A stretch of 64,000 nucleotides of DNA from positions 838 through 64,837 of the forward strand of contig CALMGJ010000020.1 of the NCBI GenBank assembly GCA_937863565.1. The letters are read 5' to 3'. The notes beneath the pieces were generated by a model. That model had not been told where the DNA came from. It ran no database searches and saw nothing but the letters and a program-made list of their open reading frames with translations. The stretch is from an uncultured bacterium. Lineage in GTDB: Bacteria > AUK180. This document shows positions 28,131 through 37,466 of the stretch, piece by piece (positions within the stretch are counted from its first letter, which is position 1; the number at the start of each line of letters is the position of its first letter). Position numbers and translations under genes: made by a program.

Positions 28131-28853
28131 ATGAGTTTCATCGGAGTGCTGGATGATCTTACTTTCTCCGAGGTCCTTCAGTTGCTTCATCTCGAGCAGA
28201 AGACGGGGACACTTAATATCTGGAATCAGGTCGACGGCAAAAAGATCATTTTCAAGGAAGGTAATATCCTTTTCGCCGGGAGTATGGAAAAGGACGAGAA
28301 GCTCGGAGATATTCTCGTAGCATCCAAGGTCATCAACGACTCTCAGATCCGCGAAGCCCTCAGGGTCCAGCGTGAATTAAGGGGCGCGAAAAGGGTCGGC
28401 GACATCCTGAAGGATAAATACGGAGTAACGGAAAGCGATATTCAAAAGGGGCTGAATGAATTCATGTGCGAATCGATCTTCTCCATCTTCTCATGGGATG
28501 AGGGTGATTTCAATTTCAGCAATGAAATGGAAAGAAGAGAGGAGCAGATCCCCTTCCCTCTCAATATTTCGATAGAGAACATAATCATGGAAGGTTCCCG
28601 AAGGATCGATGAGACTGGAAAGATAATGAAGGAGATCCCCGATATGAATTCTATCCTCAAACTCAATGTCGAACTGGAAGGCATCGAGAACATCAATCTT
28701 CACCCGGATGAATGGAAAGTGCTTTCCCTTGTTGACGACAACAAGAAGATAGACGACCTCAGGATACTTACGGGATATACCGAATTCCAGCTTCTCAAAA
28801 TCATCTTCTCGCTCAAGAACGCACATATCATAGTTCTGGAGAAGAACAAATAA
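28131..28853 (+). CDS. DUF4388 (PATAN-like) domain protein
   Basis: N-terminus GVLDDLTFSEVLQLLHLEQKTGTLNI...G.I.FKEGNILFA matches the DUF4388 pattern (G.L.....l..LLQ.l....ktG.L.........G.i.f..G.i..A). Confidence 0.65.
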   Translation: MSFIGVLDDLTFSEVLQLLHLEQKTGTLNIWNQVDGKKIIFKEGNILFAGSMEKDEKLGDILVASKVINDSQIREALRVQRELRGAKRVGDILKDKYGVTESDIQKGLNEFMCESIFSIFSWDEGDFNFSNEMERREEQIPFPLNISIENIIMEGSRRIDETGKIMKEIPDMNSILKLNVELEGIENINLHPDEWKVLSLVDDNKKIDDLRILTGYTEFQLLKIIFSLKNAHIIVLEKNK

Positions 28854-29900
28854 ATGCCGAAGGTCATACTCGGACTTTCGGGCGGCATTGACAGCACCGC
28901 AGCCCTTATCCTTCTATTAGAACACGGTTTTGAACCGCATTGCATAATGCTGAGGGTCTATGACGGCACTTCAAAATGCAGCGCAGAGAAAAGTGCCCGT
29001 TTAGCGGCAGATATCACGAAAAGGCTTGGCGTTCCATTTGAACTGATCGATGTCCGCAAAGAGTTCAGGGAGCAAGTTCTGGATTATTTCTACGTGTCTT
29101 ATAAAAAGGGAGAAACCCCTAATCCCTGCGTGCAGTGCAATCTTAAGATCAAATTCAGGTACCTGAGCGAAATAAGACAGGAGAAAGGAGCCGATTTCAT
29201 CGCAACCGGACATTATGCCAAAATGAACCTTTTCAACGGAAAACATCTCATAAGCTGCTCCCGGGATATTAAGAAAGACCAGACATATTTTCTCGGATTT
29301 CTCGGAGAGGAAATTACGCGATATCTCATGTTCCCTCTCGGATCTTATCTCAAGGAAGGGATGAGAAAGATCATCAGCGAGGCGGGATTACCTCTTCCCG
29401 AGATCGCCGGCGAGTCACAGGACCTTTGCTTCACGGAAGATAAAGATATCCCCTCTTTTCTTGAGAGCGAATATGGATTCCGTGTTGATGAAGGGGATCT
29501 TGTTTTCGGCAGTAAAAAACTCGGCGTTCATAAAGGATACCCTTTCTATACGATCGGACAGAGGAAAAGACTTTCTCACAATTACCATCTCCCGTTGTAT
29601 GTCAGGGAAAAGGATATTGAAAGCAATACCGTATATATCGACCTCAAGGAGAATACGGAATCGCAGGAGTTCATCTTTTCGAATGCTGTCTTTCATGTCG
29701 ATCCGGGATGCCTTGACGGGCAGGAATTATTCGTGAAATTGAGGCACAGGGGAGAAAAGATCAAATGCGGACTCCGTAAAGAGAACGGGACCTACAGAAT
29801 AAGTCTCGAGGGGAACAAAGCGATGATCACTCCCGGTCAAGCAGCTGTGATCTATTTCAAAGATATGGTCTGTGCAGCAGGCTGGCAGAAGCGCTCTTGA
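28854..29900 (+). CDS. mnmA: tRNA 2-thiouridine(34) synthase MnmA
   Basis: PP-loop SGGIDS at the N-terminus. Full-length MnmA architecture. Confidence 0.9.
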   Translation: MPKVILGLSGGIDSTAALILLLEHGFEPHCIMLRVYDGTSKCSAEKSARLAADITKRLGVPFELIDVRKEFREQVLDYFYVSYKKGETPNPCVQCNLKIKFRYLSEIRQEKGADFIATGHYAKMNLFNGKHLISCSRDIKKDQTYFLGFLGEEITRYLMFPLGSYLKEGMRKIISEAGLPLPEIAGESQDLCFTEDKDIPSFLESEYGFRVDEGDLVFGSKKLGVHKGYPFYTIGQRKRLSHNYHLPLYVREKDIESNTVYIDLKENTESQEFIFSNAVFHVDPGCLDGQELFVKLRHRGEKIKCGLRKENGTYRISLEGNKAMITPGQAAVIYFKDMVCAAGWQKRS

Positions 29901-29915
29901 AGCTGCACTTGTTCT

Positions 29916-30944
29916 TCAAAGCAATTTTCCCGTATAGTCCGTTATCGCTTTTTTAAGTCTTTCAAGATCACCGTCCCCCACATCATTGTGGAAAGTGACC
30001 CTCACCCTGTCTCCATGCGGAATAACGAGGATGCCTTGCTCTTCCAGCGTTCTGATGACCCTCATATTGTCTTTAATGTGGAAATATACCATGTTCGTAT
30101 TAACGCTTTCCCTGTCCAAACTGATGCCGGGAATATCGCTTAAAAAATCCGCGAATGCGGAGGCCCTTTCATGATCTTCTTTCAATCTTTCGATCATCTT
30201 CGTAAGCCCGATTATCCCGCAAATGGCAAGTATACCCGCTTGTCTCATCCCTCCGCCAAGCATTTTCCTTATCTTTCTGGCTTTCTTCATATGTTCTTTA
30301 GTGCCGAGAAGAAGAGACCCCACCGGCGAACAGAGACCTTTGGAAAGACATATCATTACCGTATCCGCATAAGAGGCGAGCTCTGCTGCCGAGAGTTTCA
30401 GATGAAGCGCGGCATTGAAAATACGCGCGCCGTCAAGATGAACATGCAGTCCTTCGCTTTCGGCGATCGCCTTTATCTCTTTCATGTATTCCGGAGAGAC
30501 CGCAACGCCGCCGTCATCATTGTGAGGGTTCTCAAGGCATATAAGAGCGGTTTTCGGAAAATGAATATCCTCTCCCCTGATGCACTTTTTCACTTCATCG
30601 GGGTCCATTCTGCCCCGTATTGTTTTCAGTGTTCTTGTTTGTAGCCCGGCTAGACGCGCGGCAGCACCGACCTCGTGCTGGATGATATGCGATGTATCCG
30701 AGAGTATGATCTCGTCTCCGGGATCCGAAAGGACCCTGAGCGCTATCTGATTTCCCATGGTTCCGCTGGGAACAAAGAGTGCCTCCTCCTTTTTCAACAT
30801 CTCTGCCGCAAGAGATTCAAGGCGGTTGACCGTCGGATCGTCGCCGAAAACATCATCTCCCACTTCTACCGTCATCATTGCCTTGCGCATCTCTTCAGTA
30901 GGTCTTGTCACCGTATCCGATCTGAAATCCGATATCCTATCCAT
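29916..30944 (-). CDS. ltaE: low-specificity L-threonine aldolase (PLP-dependent)
   Basis: N-terminal RSDTVT..PT..M..AM and GTMGNQIAL motifs. Start at MDRISDF. Confidence 0.8.
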   Translation of the reverse strand: MDRISDFRSDTVTRPTEEMRKAMMTVEVGDDVFGDDPTVNRLESLAAEMLKKEEALFVPSGTMGNQIALRVLSDPGDEIILSDTSHIIQHEVGAAARLAGLQTRTLKTIRGRMDPDEVKKCIRGEDIHFPKTALICLENPHNDDGGVAVSPEYMKEIKAIAESEGLHVHLDGARIFNAALHLKLSAAELASYADTVMICLSKGLCSPVGSLLLGTKEHMKKARKIRKMLGGGMRQAGILAICGIIGLTKMIERLKEDHERASAFADFLSDIPGISLDRESVNTNMVYFHIKDNMRVIRTLEEQGILVIPHGDRVRVTFHNDVGDGDLERLKKAITDYTGKLL

Positions 30945-31055
30945 AATCTCTCCATAAAAAAGAAATTTAACATATTTTCCCGAAAAATCCAAAAATCCCG
31001 TTTATCGGCCCGTTCACGGCACACCTTTACCCGGCCCGCCTACTCAGTTGCACTG

Positions 31056-31084
31056 TTGATTTTTTTACATTTTCCTGTTATAAT
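31056..31084 (+). promoter_or_regulatory. sigma-70-type promoter TTGATT-N17-TATAAT for tRNA-Leu
   Basis: -35 at 31056-31061, -10 at 31079-31084. tRNA 5' end 10 nt downstream. Confidence 0.5.
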
Positions 31085-31094
31085 ATGCGGAATT

Positions 31095-31178
31095 GCCGGG
31101 ATGGCGAAATTGGCAGACGCGCATGGTTCAGGTCCATGTGGAGGCAACTCTTTGCAGGTTCAACTCCTGTTCCCGGCA
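31095..31178 (+). tRNA. tRNA-Leu (anticodon CAG)
   Basis: Cloverleaf folded by hand. Acceptor GCCGGGA/TCCCGGC, anticodon loop TTCAGGT, long variable arm, T-loop GGTTCAACTCC, discriminator A. CCA not encoded. Confidence 0.85.
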
Positions 31179-32080
31179 CTTCCTTTCTCGTACCGGAATC
31201 CCTTCACATCTGTATATCTGGCGATCTTGAGCGTTTTTTCACCAGTATAAATGAACCTTCCCGGTGCACCGGACGCCTTTTTCAGGAATTTCTTTCTTGT
31301 ATACACCACATCGATCTCGGAAGCAGAAAACCCCTTCGAATGTATCATTGCAAGTAACGCTCCGAACCTGAGAAGTTCGAAATCGGGTGTTTCTTCGGGA
31401 GCTATGAGGAAAACGCTCGAACCGTGATAATCCCTTGCATGGAACCACCAGTCATTACCCCCTCCCGCGAATTTGAAAAGATCCCCGTTCTCATGTTCAT
31501 TTCTTCCGACTAGAAAGAAGTGTTCCTTATAATAATAGATCTTTCCCAGTGTTTTTCTGATCCGTTTGACTTTACCGACATCAGGCAGCTCGAGACGATA
31601 CTTCTTTTTCAGTTCTTTGAGAAATTCAATATCATCGGCAGCATCGATCTTTGAAAGAAGCTCCTTAAATTCCGAGATCTCTTCCTCGGACTCCTTCAGT
31701 CTTTCCAGAGAGACGGCAAGACCCTTTTTCATCTTCCGCCCTTTCTTGAAATACTCCTCCATGTTCTCAAGAGGGGTCAACTCCGGTTTCAGGACGATCT
31801 CGACAGTGCTTCCGTTCTCCCAATCCTGCATTGAAAACGAAGACGCGCCTTTTTTTATCTTAGCAAGAGAGTATTTCAAAAGTTCACCCGTCTTCAGATG
31901 AACTTCATAAAGGGAGTATTTTTTGATATCGTTCCCGATATTAGTTATTTTTTTTGCAGTTTTTCTGATCAGGGTCTTTATATGAGCCGTAAGAACGGTC
32001 TTCAGCCGTACGGCTTCTTCCCCGGGGTCATCACCTTTTCGCAACATCGAGAAAATGGAAAGAATATATATAGCCGCCAA
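31160..32080 (-). CDS. NFACT-R (DUF814) domain protein with coiled-coil region (RqcH/FbpA C-terminal-half homolog lacking NFACT-N)
   Basis: WWFHARDYHGSSVFL...GAPGRFIYTGEKTL matches the NFACT-R signature. Start is uncertain: the ORF overlaps the FHA gene by 50 nt in another frame, and its 3' end overlaps tRNA-Leu by 19 nt on the opposite strand. Confidence 0.55.
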   Translation of the reverse strand: MAAIYILSIFSMLRKGDDPGEEAVRLKTVLTAHIKTLIRKTAKKITNIGNDIKKYSLYEVHLKTGELLKYSLAKIKKGASSFSMQDWENGSTVEIVLKPELTPLENMEEYFKKGRKMKKGLAVSLERLKESEEEISEFKELLSKIDAADDIEFLKELKKKYRLELPDVGKVKRIRKTLGKIYYYKEHFFLVGRNEHENGDLFKFAGGGNDWWFHARDYHGSSVFLIAPEETPDFELLRFGALLAMIHSKGFSASEIDVVYTRKKFLKKASGAPGRFIYTGEKTLKIARYTDVKGFRYEKGSAGNRS

Positions 32081-32390
32081 TGGAGAACATATCCCCTTCC
32101 TTGAGTATTCTTTTTTTGATCCTTACATTATCCACAAAAGTCCCGTTTGTTGAATCAAGGTCCTCCAGGATGAAAGATGCATCAGAATCATTTATCGAGC
32201 AGTGTATTCTGGAGATATTGTCATCATCTATGGTAAGGTCGCAATCATCGCTTCTTCCTATAATGAACTTTCTTGCCGAGATCAGTACTTTTTCCTTTGT
32301 TTTCGAGTTTATTAAAAAACTTCTCGGGATATAGTTCTGATCCTCCGGCTGAAGCACATTCGTCGACTCATTCCATTTGTCTTCCATCAT
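32031..32390 (-). CDS. FHA-domain protein
   Basis: FIIGRSDDCDLTIDDDNISRIHCSI......LEDLDSTNGTFVDNVRI is the canonical FHA (GR..-SxxH-NGT) pattern. Confidence 0.75.
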   Translation of the reverse strand: MMEDKWNESTNVLQPEDQNYIPRSFLINSKTKEKVLISARKFIIGRSDDCDLTIDDDNISRIHCSINDSDASFILEDLDSTNGTFVDNVRIKKRILKEGDMFSIGGYIYSFHFLDVAKR

Positions 32391-32809
32391 TTCACCTCGA
32401 AATACGGGACAGTGCCTTCTTTCCTCGCAACTTTAATGATCCCCCTTTTTTTCATCGTATTAAGAAGATTGGAGGCATAACTGCGGTTATAGGAAAATTT
32501 CGCGCAGATCTCGGCCGTGCTTCTCGGTATCCTCAGGAATTCCAGAAGTCTTTCATCGCGCGCTTCTCCCCTTTTGTTCTTTCCTTTCGCTCTCGAGGAA
32601 TTCTTACGAAGTGATTCCTCGGCAAAATCCCCGATCTCTTCTACCCGCTCCTTCATCCGTTTCAGCTCCTCCATGGAGCGTTCCAGCTTTTCCAGTCTCG
32701 CGTCTATCTGGTTTATTCTTGCAAGAACCTTCGTTTCAAAGGATTCAATGATCTCAGCGAATTCTTCTACTTTGAGATTTTTAAATATGGCCATCTCAGC
32801 TGACCGCAA
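32387..32809 (-). CDS. hypothetical coiled-coil protein with C-terminal winged-HTH-like segment
   Basis: 140 aa. Heptad-rich N-terminal half. C-terminal LLEFLRIPRSTAEICAKFSYNRSYASNLLNTMKKRGII resembles a wHTH. Confidence 0.5.
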   Translation of the reverse strand: MRSAEMAIFKNLKVEEFAEIIESFETKVLARINQIDARLEKLERSMEELKRMKERVEEIGDFAEESLRKNSSRAKGKNKRGEARDERLLEFLRIPRSTAEICAKFSYNRSYASNLLNTMKKRGIIKVARKEGTVPYFEVK

Positions 32810-33302
32810 GGATCAACGCAACAACGGAAATAATGAACGAACCTATTGAGATATAGTAAAGGGTCTTATACTGCCCGGTGTCTTTTGAGCCCATCCTGTC
32901 TTCGAGCTCCTTCACCTTCTCTATCGTCTTGTTTATCGAATTTTTATTGATCATGATATCCTGCTGCATGCCCGCCATCATGTTCTTCATCTCAGTGAGA
33001 AGGCTTGACTGCAGTTTGAAATTCTCGTCGCTGACGTCGATCTCGTCCCCTTGATCGGGATGGAGCAGTTTATTCACAAGCCTGTCCGTTGCTACAGCGA
33101 ACTCGTATCTGGTAAGGGCTTTGTCCCCCTGAAATGTCAGTTCACCCTTTTTCACTATACCCTTGAATATGCCGAATTCGCTCATTCTCAGCACGGAGCC
33201 GTAAGCCCAGTGCGTATTGACAAGATCTTTGTACGGATTGTTCTCGGCGTTTACCGCGAACGCTGCGCAGATGATAAAAACGGCCAGCAGGACCTTCTTC
33301 AT
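32796..33302 (-). CDS. small SLH (S-layer homology) domain protein with signal peptide and C-terminal TM anchor
   Basis: YKDLVNTHWAYGSVLRMSEFGIFKG......LTRYEFAVATDRLV is like the SLH motif. Followed by a coiled-coil and a TM helix (LYYISIGSFIISVVALILAV). Confidence 0.6.
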   Translation of the reverse strand: MKKVLLAVFIICAAFAVNAENNPYKDLVNTHWAYGSVLRMSEFGIFKGIVKKGELTFQGDKALTRYEFAVATDRLVNKLLHPDQGDEIDVSDENFKLQSSLLTEMKNMMAGMQQDIMINKNSINKTIEKVKELEDRMGSKDTGQYKTLYYISIGSFIISVVALILAVS

Positions 33303-33305
33303 AGA

Positions 33306-34460
33306 TCACTCCTTGTATTTGTTGAAAATTTCCAATATTTCTTCGCGGCCCTTGAAAAAGGCCTCGACGACATAGGGGCAGAATTGTTTTCCGCTTTGTT
33401 CCTCTATGTATGTGAATACCTTGTCCAGGGGCCATGGACCTTTATATACACGTTTTACCGAAAGCGCGTCAAAAACATCGGAAAGAGAGCATATTCTTCC
33501 CTCGATAGGGATCTCTTCACCCCGGAGTTTTTTAGGATACCCCTCACCGTCCCATTTCTCATGATGGGAAAGAGCGATATCCCGGGCCATTTTGATAACA
33601 TCGGAATCAGGATTTTTCAGGATATCGGCGCCGATCGTCGTATGCTTCTCCATGATCCGCCGCTCATCGTCATCCAGGGGCCCCGGTTTCCCTAAAATAG
33701 CATCGGGAACGCCGAGCTTCCCTATATCGTGCATAGGCGATGCGTAAAGAACGAGTTCCTGGAAATCACGGTTGAACCCCATATGTTTTGCGATTATCGT
33801 CGAATAATTGCTCATCCTCTCAAGATGATGGGCCGTATCGGGATCTTTGTATTCTGCCGCGCTGACAAGCCTGTATATCGTGGAAAGATGTGATTCCTTC
33901 AAACTTTGCGCGAGAAGCGCATTCTTCAATGCTATCGCAGCGAAAGAACCGAGCGTGCATACGAGTTTTACATCTTCCTCTGAAAAGCTTACGATATCGC
34001 CCGAGGGCGTCATTGAATTAATTATCTGGAGCACCCCTATGATCTCACCGTCGCGGTCTTTAAGCGGTATCACGAGCATGGACTGCGTATGGTATTCGAA
34101 TTTGCGGTCAAAAGTATCCCAGTGTTTATACGGCAATTTGGAGTCCAGCCGGTACACGTCCTGAATGTTAAGTATTTCGCCGGTTAAAGCCACATATCCT
34201 GAAAGATTCTCTTTCGTCAAAGGAACGGGGTTAGGTTTGAAGAGCCGGGCAGAATCCATCTTGAACCGTTTTTCGAGAGTATCGTTCTGGCTGGCGATGA
34301 ACTCCAATCTGCTGTCCGTTCTGATATATATGCTTCCCGCATCTGCGTTCGTGATCTCACGGGATGTCTTGAGTATAGTCCGGAAAAGAGTGTCCAGATT
34401 AGTCTCTGAGGAGAGTATCAGGCCGATATCAATGATCTTTTCAAGACTGCGTTCTTTCAT
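33306..34460 (-). CDS. GAF-domain HD-GYP phosphodiesterase (c-di-GMP signalling)
   Basis: HD...HHE.WDG.GYP motifs (PMHDIGKLGVPD...HHEKWDGEGYP). N-terminal GAF-like domain. Start taken at MKERSLEK (34460). Confidence 0.85.
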   Translation of the reverse strand: MKERSLEKIIDIGLILSSETNLDTLFRTILKTSREITNADAGSIYIRTDSRLEFIASQNDTLEKRFKMDSARLFKPNPVPLTKENLSGYVALTGEILNIQDVYRLDSKLPYKHWDTFDRKFEYHTQSMLVIPLKDRDGEIIGVLQIINSMTPSGDIVSFSEEDVKLVCTLGSFAAIALKNALLAQSLKESHLSTIYRLVSAAEYKDPDTAHHLERMSNYSTIIAKHMGFNRDFQELVLYASPMHDIGKLGVPDAILGKPGPLDDDERRIMEKHTTIGADILKNPDSDVIKMARDIALSHHEKWDGEGYPKKLRGEEIPIEGRICSLSDVFDALSVKRVYKGPWPLDKVFTYIEEQSGKQFCPYVVEAFFKGREEILEIFNKYKE

Positions 34461-34651
34461 TTGTTTGATTATACTAAAAAGACGGTAAAAATACAAATAA
34501 TGCAACACTATGAAAACCAGGCTTCGCGCGTCATGCAGTTTTTTTACAACTCCATCCTGCCTCTTCGGAAAATCTTTTTGACTTATTTCATTTAAATGTG
34601 TATAATTCCAAAGTATAGCATTTTTTGGCATTAAATATGCAGGCATAAACC

Positions 34652-35962
34652 ATGATGAAATATTTTCTGGCGCTCGCGCTTATTCTTATAGGATCTTCGC
34701 TGGGAGCCTTCTCGCTTAATGATTTCTGCGCGAAGAATTCAGCCGATTATTCATATGACCCCGATTTCAATATCCTTACGCTCAGGTGGAACGGAAGGAC
34801 CTTCAATTTCTTCGTGAACGGATCTGTTTACTATGAAGGCATCAAGGTCTACTACCTTACCAGGGATGTTACCGTCCGCAGCAATGACTTTCTGATAGAC
34901 GATGATTTCCTCTCCCGCTGGATGCCTAAAAAGGGCATACACAAATTCGAGGTAACCCGTTCCGGAGAACTCACTGTTCTTACTTTCTTCTCCTTCTCTA
35001 AGATCGCCGTTACCAATACGGACATAGGGTGCTTCACTCTTGAGGGCGAGGATCCTTCCGATATCAAGCCTGAATACCAGAACGATACCGAGAGAGGGAT
35101 CGAGTACATAAAGTCTTTCGATAATAAAGTTGAACTGAAATTCACTAATGCGGCGGAGATCTCCTGTGAGAACTCCGGCACGCAGGAAGTAAGGTTCGTA
35201 TACAAGATACTGAAACCTGTCGAAAAACTCAAGGAGCCGGAGCCGGTGATAAAAAAGAGCAACGGATTCGATAAGAAGAAGATCACGATCGTTCTCGATC
35301 CCGGCCACGGAGGCAAAGATCCCGGTGCGATCGGCATAACGGGAGTTAAAGAAAAGGCCGTAGTCCTTTCACTTTCCAAACAGATCCACTTGCTTTTAAA
35401 GGACCTCGGGTACAGCGTTCTTCTGACCCGGAGTTCCGATAATTTCATACCCCTCCGTCAGCGCACGGAGTTTGCCAATAAGAACAATGCTTCCCTGTTC
35501 GTAAGCGTGCATGCCAATGTAGCCTTCAATCCGGGCGTATACGGATTCGATATCTATTACCTCTCCACCTCGGCCTCGGATGACGAATCGCGGCAGGTCG
35601 CCGCATACGAGAACAATGTTATCAAACTTGAACAGGCCGAGAAAAAGGATACGCTCGGCGAAATAATCTGGTCTATGCTTTCAAATGAGTTCGAGAACGA
35701 ATCCATTACCCTTGGAGGCATACTCGCTAAACACATGAAGGAGATAGGCGCGCCGAACGGGAACCCTGTCAAACACGCGCGTTTCTATGTCCTGTACGGT
35801 GCAACTATGCCTGCCATCCTCATTGAAAGCGGATTTCTTACCAATAAAAAAGAAGAGGCTAAACTCAAAAACCAGGAATATCAGAAGAAACTCGCCGAAA
35901 GGGTCGTAGGCGGGTTGGACGAATACATTGAAAAGAACTACAGGAAATTTATAAATGATTAG
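34652..35962 (+). CDS. N-acetylmuramoyl-L-alanine amidase (Amidase_3) with N-terminal targeting domain
   Basis: Signal peptide. ITIVLDPGHGGKDPGA...SVHANV catalytic motifs. Confidence 0.85.
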   Translation: MMKYFLALALILIGSSLGAFSLNDFCAKNSADYSYDPDFNILTLRWNGRTFNFFVNGSVYYEGIKVYYLTRDVTVRSNDFLIDDDFLSRWMPKKGIHKFEVTRSGELTVLTFFSFSKIAVTNTDIGCFTLEGEDPSDIKPEYQNDTERGIEYIKSFDNKVELKFTNAAEISCENSGTQEVRFVYKILKPVEKLKEPEPVIKKSNGFDKKKITIVLDPGHGGKDPGAIGITGVKEKAVVLSLSKQIHLLLKDLGYSVLLTRSSDNFIPLRQRTEFANKNNASLFVSVHANVAFNPGVYGFDIYYLSTSASDDESRQVAAYENNVIKLEQAEKKDTLGEIIWSMLSNEFENESITLGGILAKHMKEIGAPNGNPVKHARFYVLYGATMPAILIESGFLTNKKEEAKLKNQEYQKKLAERVVGGLDEYIEKNYRKFIND

Positions 35963-36749
35963 AAGACCCATAGGTATCTTTGATTCCGGTATCGGCGGTT
36001 TGACCGTCCTGAACAGGCTGCTCGAAGCGATGCCAGGCGAAAATTTTGTGTATTTCGGCGATACCGCCAGGCTCCCCTACGGTTCGAAATCGAAGGATGC
36101 CATAGTTCATTATTCACAGCAGAATGCCAGGTTCCTTCTTTCCAGAAAAGTGAAGATGATCATCGTTGCCTGCAATTCCGCTTCTTCGAATGCGCTTACA
36201 TCGCTCAAACGGAATTTCGACGTTCCCGTCTTCGGCGTTATAGAACCGGCGATCAGAGGTATAAAGAAAGGCTTTGGGAAGATCGGTCTCATCGGAACTT
36301 ATGCAACGGTCGAATCGGGTGCTTATCAATCGCTGATAATAAGGTCCTTTCCCGGGATCAAGATCTTTCCCAGGGCCTGTCCGCTCTTCGTTCCCTTCGT
36401 TGAGGAGGGCATGGCCAATTCGAACATAGCGCTTGAAGTGATCAGGTATTACCTTGAACCTATGAAAAGGAAGAACATCGATGCACTGATCCTTGCCTGT
36501 ACACATTACCCGGTGCTCGCTAAGAAGCTGGGAAGCTATTTCGGAAAGAGCACCGCACTTATCGATCCTGCTGCCGAACTCGCGCGAGAGATCAAGGTCT
36601 TCGTCAGGGAACGGGGCATTTCCAATCCGTCCGGAGGAAAAATAGATTTTTTCTTAAGCGACATACCGCGGAATTTCGGAGCGCTGGCGGGGCATTTTCT
36701 GAAAAGGGAGATCGGCCGAATTAAAAAAATAGACATAGAGAGGTATTAA
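35955..36749 (+). CDS. murI: glutamate racemase
   Basis: IGIFDSGIGGLTVL...ACNSAS...CTHYP motifs. Confidence 0.9.
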   Translation: MIRRPIGIFDSGIGGLTVLNRLLEAMPGENFVYFGDTARLPYGSKSKDAIVHYSQQNARFLLSRKVKMIIVACNSASSNALTSLKRNFDVPVFGVIEPAIRGIKKGFGKIGLIGTYATVESGAYQSLIIRSFPGIKIFPRACPLFVPFVEEGMANSNIALEVIRYYLEPMKRKNIDALILACTHYPVLAKKLGSYFGKSTALIDPAAELAREIKVFVRERGISNPSGGKIDFFLSDIPRNFGALAGHFLKREIGRIKKIDIERY

Positions 36750-37466
36750 GTGAGAAGCGGAAGAGGGAACGACGAATTGCGGAAGATCGAAGTGATCAAG
36801 AACCTGAATAAATGGGCGGAAGGTTCAGCTGAAGTCATCTGGGGGGGGAATCGGATCAATGTCACCGCCTCCTTGGAAAAGAGGGTACCTCCTCATCTTC
36901 TCAACACGAATTCCGGATGGATCGCTGTCGAATACAGAATGCTCCCGCGCTCCACTTCGGTGCGGAAGATCAGAAATGAGAACCTCATCAATACCGACGC
37001 GAGACAGGTAGAGATCTCCCGCATACTCGGAAGGATCATCCGCAATACGGTTGATCTTACCGCTTTCCCGAAAAAAACTATATGGCTCGACTGTGATGTG
37101 ATACAAGCCGACGGAGGCACGAGGATCGCCGCCTTGTTCGGCGCTTTCATTGCGCTGCACGAATGTCTGAAAATGATGCGCACACAGGGGATTTTCACTG
37201 AGATGCCTCTCAAATACCGCGTTTGCGGGATCAGCGCTGCCATCAAGGACGGTGAAATACTCGTTGATCCGGATTTTAACGAAGATTTCTCTTCAGATGC
37301 AGATATCAATATCTTCCAGAACGACAAAGGCGAGATCCTGGAGATCCAGGGAGGAGCCGAAGGACGCGGTTACTCCGGAAATAAACTCATGGAACTCTTG
37401 GAGAAAGTGCAACCCGTTTTCAGAGAACTTTTCGACCTGCAGAAGAACATCGTAGATGGAGGATAA
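36750..37466 (+). CDS. rph: ribonuclease PH
   Basis: 238 aa. RNase PH motifs (R.DGR...ELR......GSA.V..GNT.V, DADGGTR). Confidence 0.9.
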   Translation: MRSGRGNDELRKIEVIKNLNKWAEGSAEVIWGGNRINVTASLEKRVPPHLLNTNSGWIAVEYRMLPRSTSVRKIRNENLINTDARQVEISRILGRIIRNTVDLTAFPKKTIWLDCDVIQADGGTRIAALFGAFIALHECLKMMRTQGIFTEMPLKYRVCGISAAIKDGEILVDPDFNEDFSSDADINIFQNDKGEILEIQGGAEGRGYSGNKLMELLEKVQPVFRELFDLQKNIVDGG

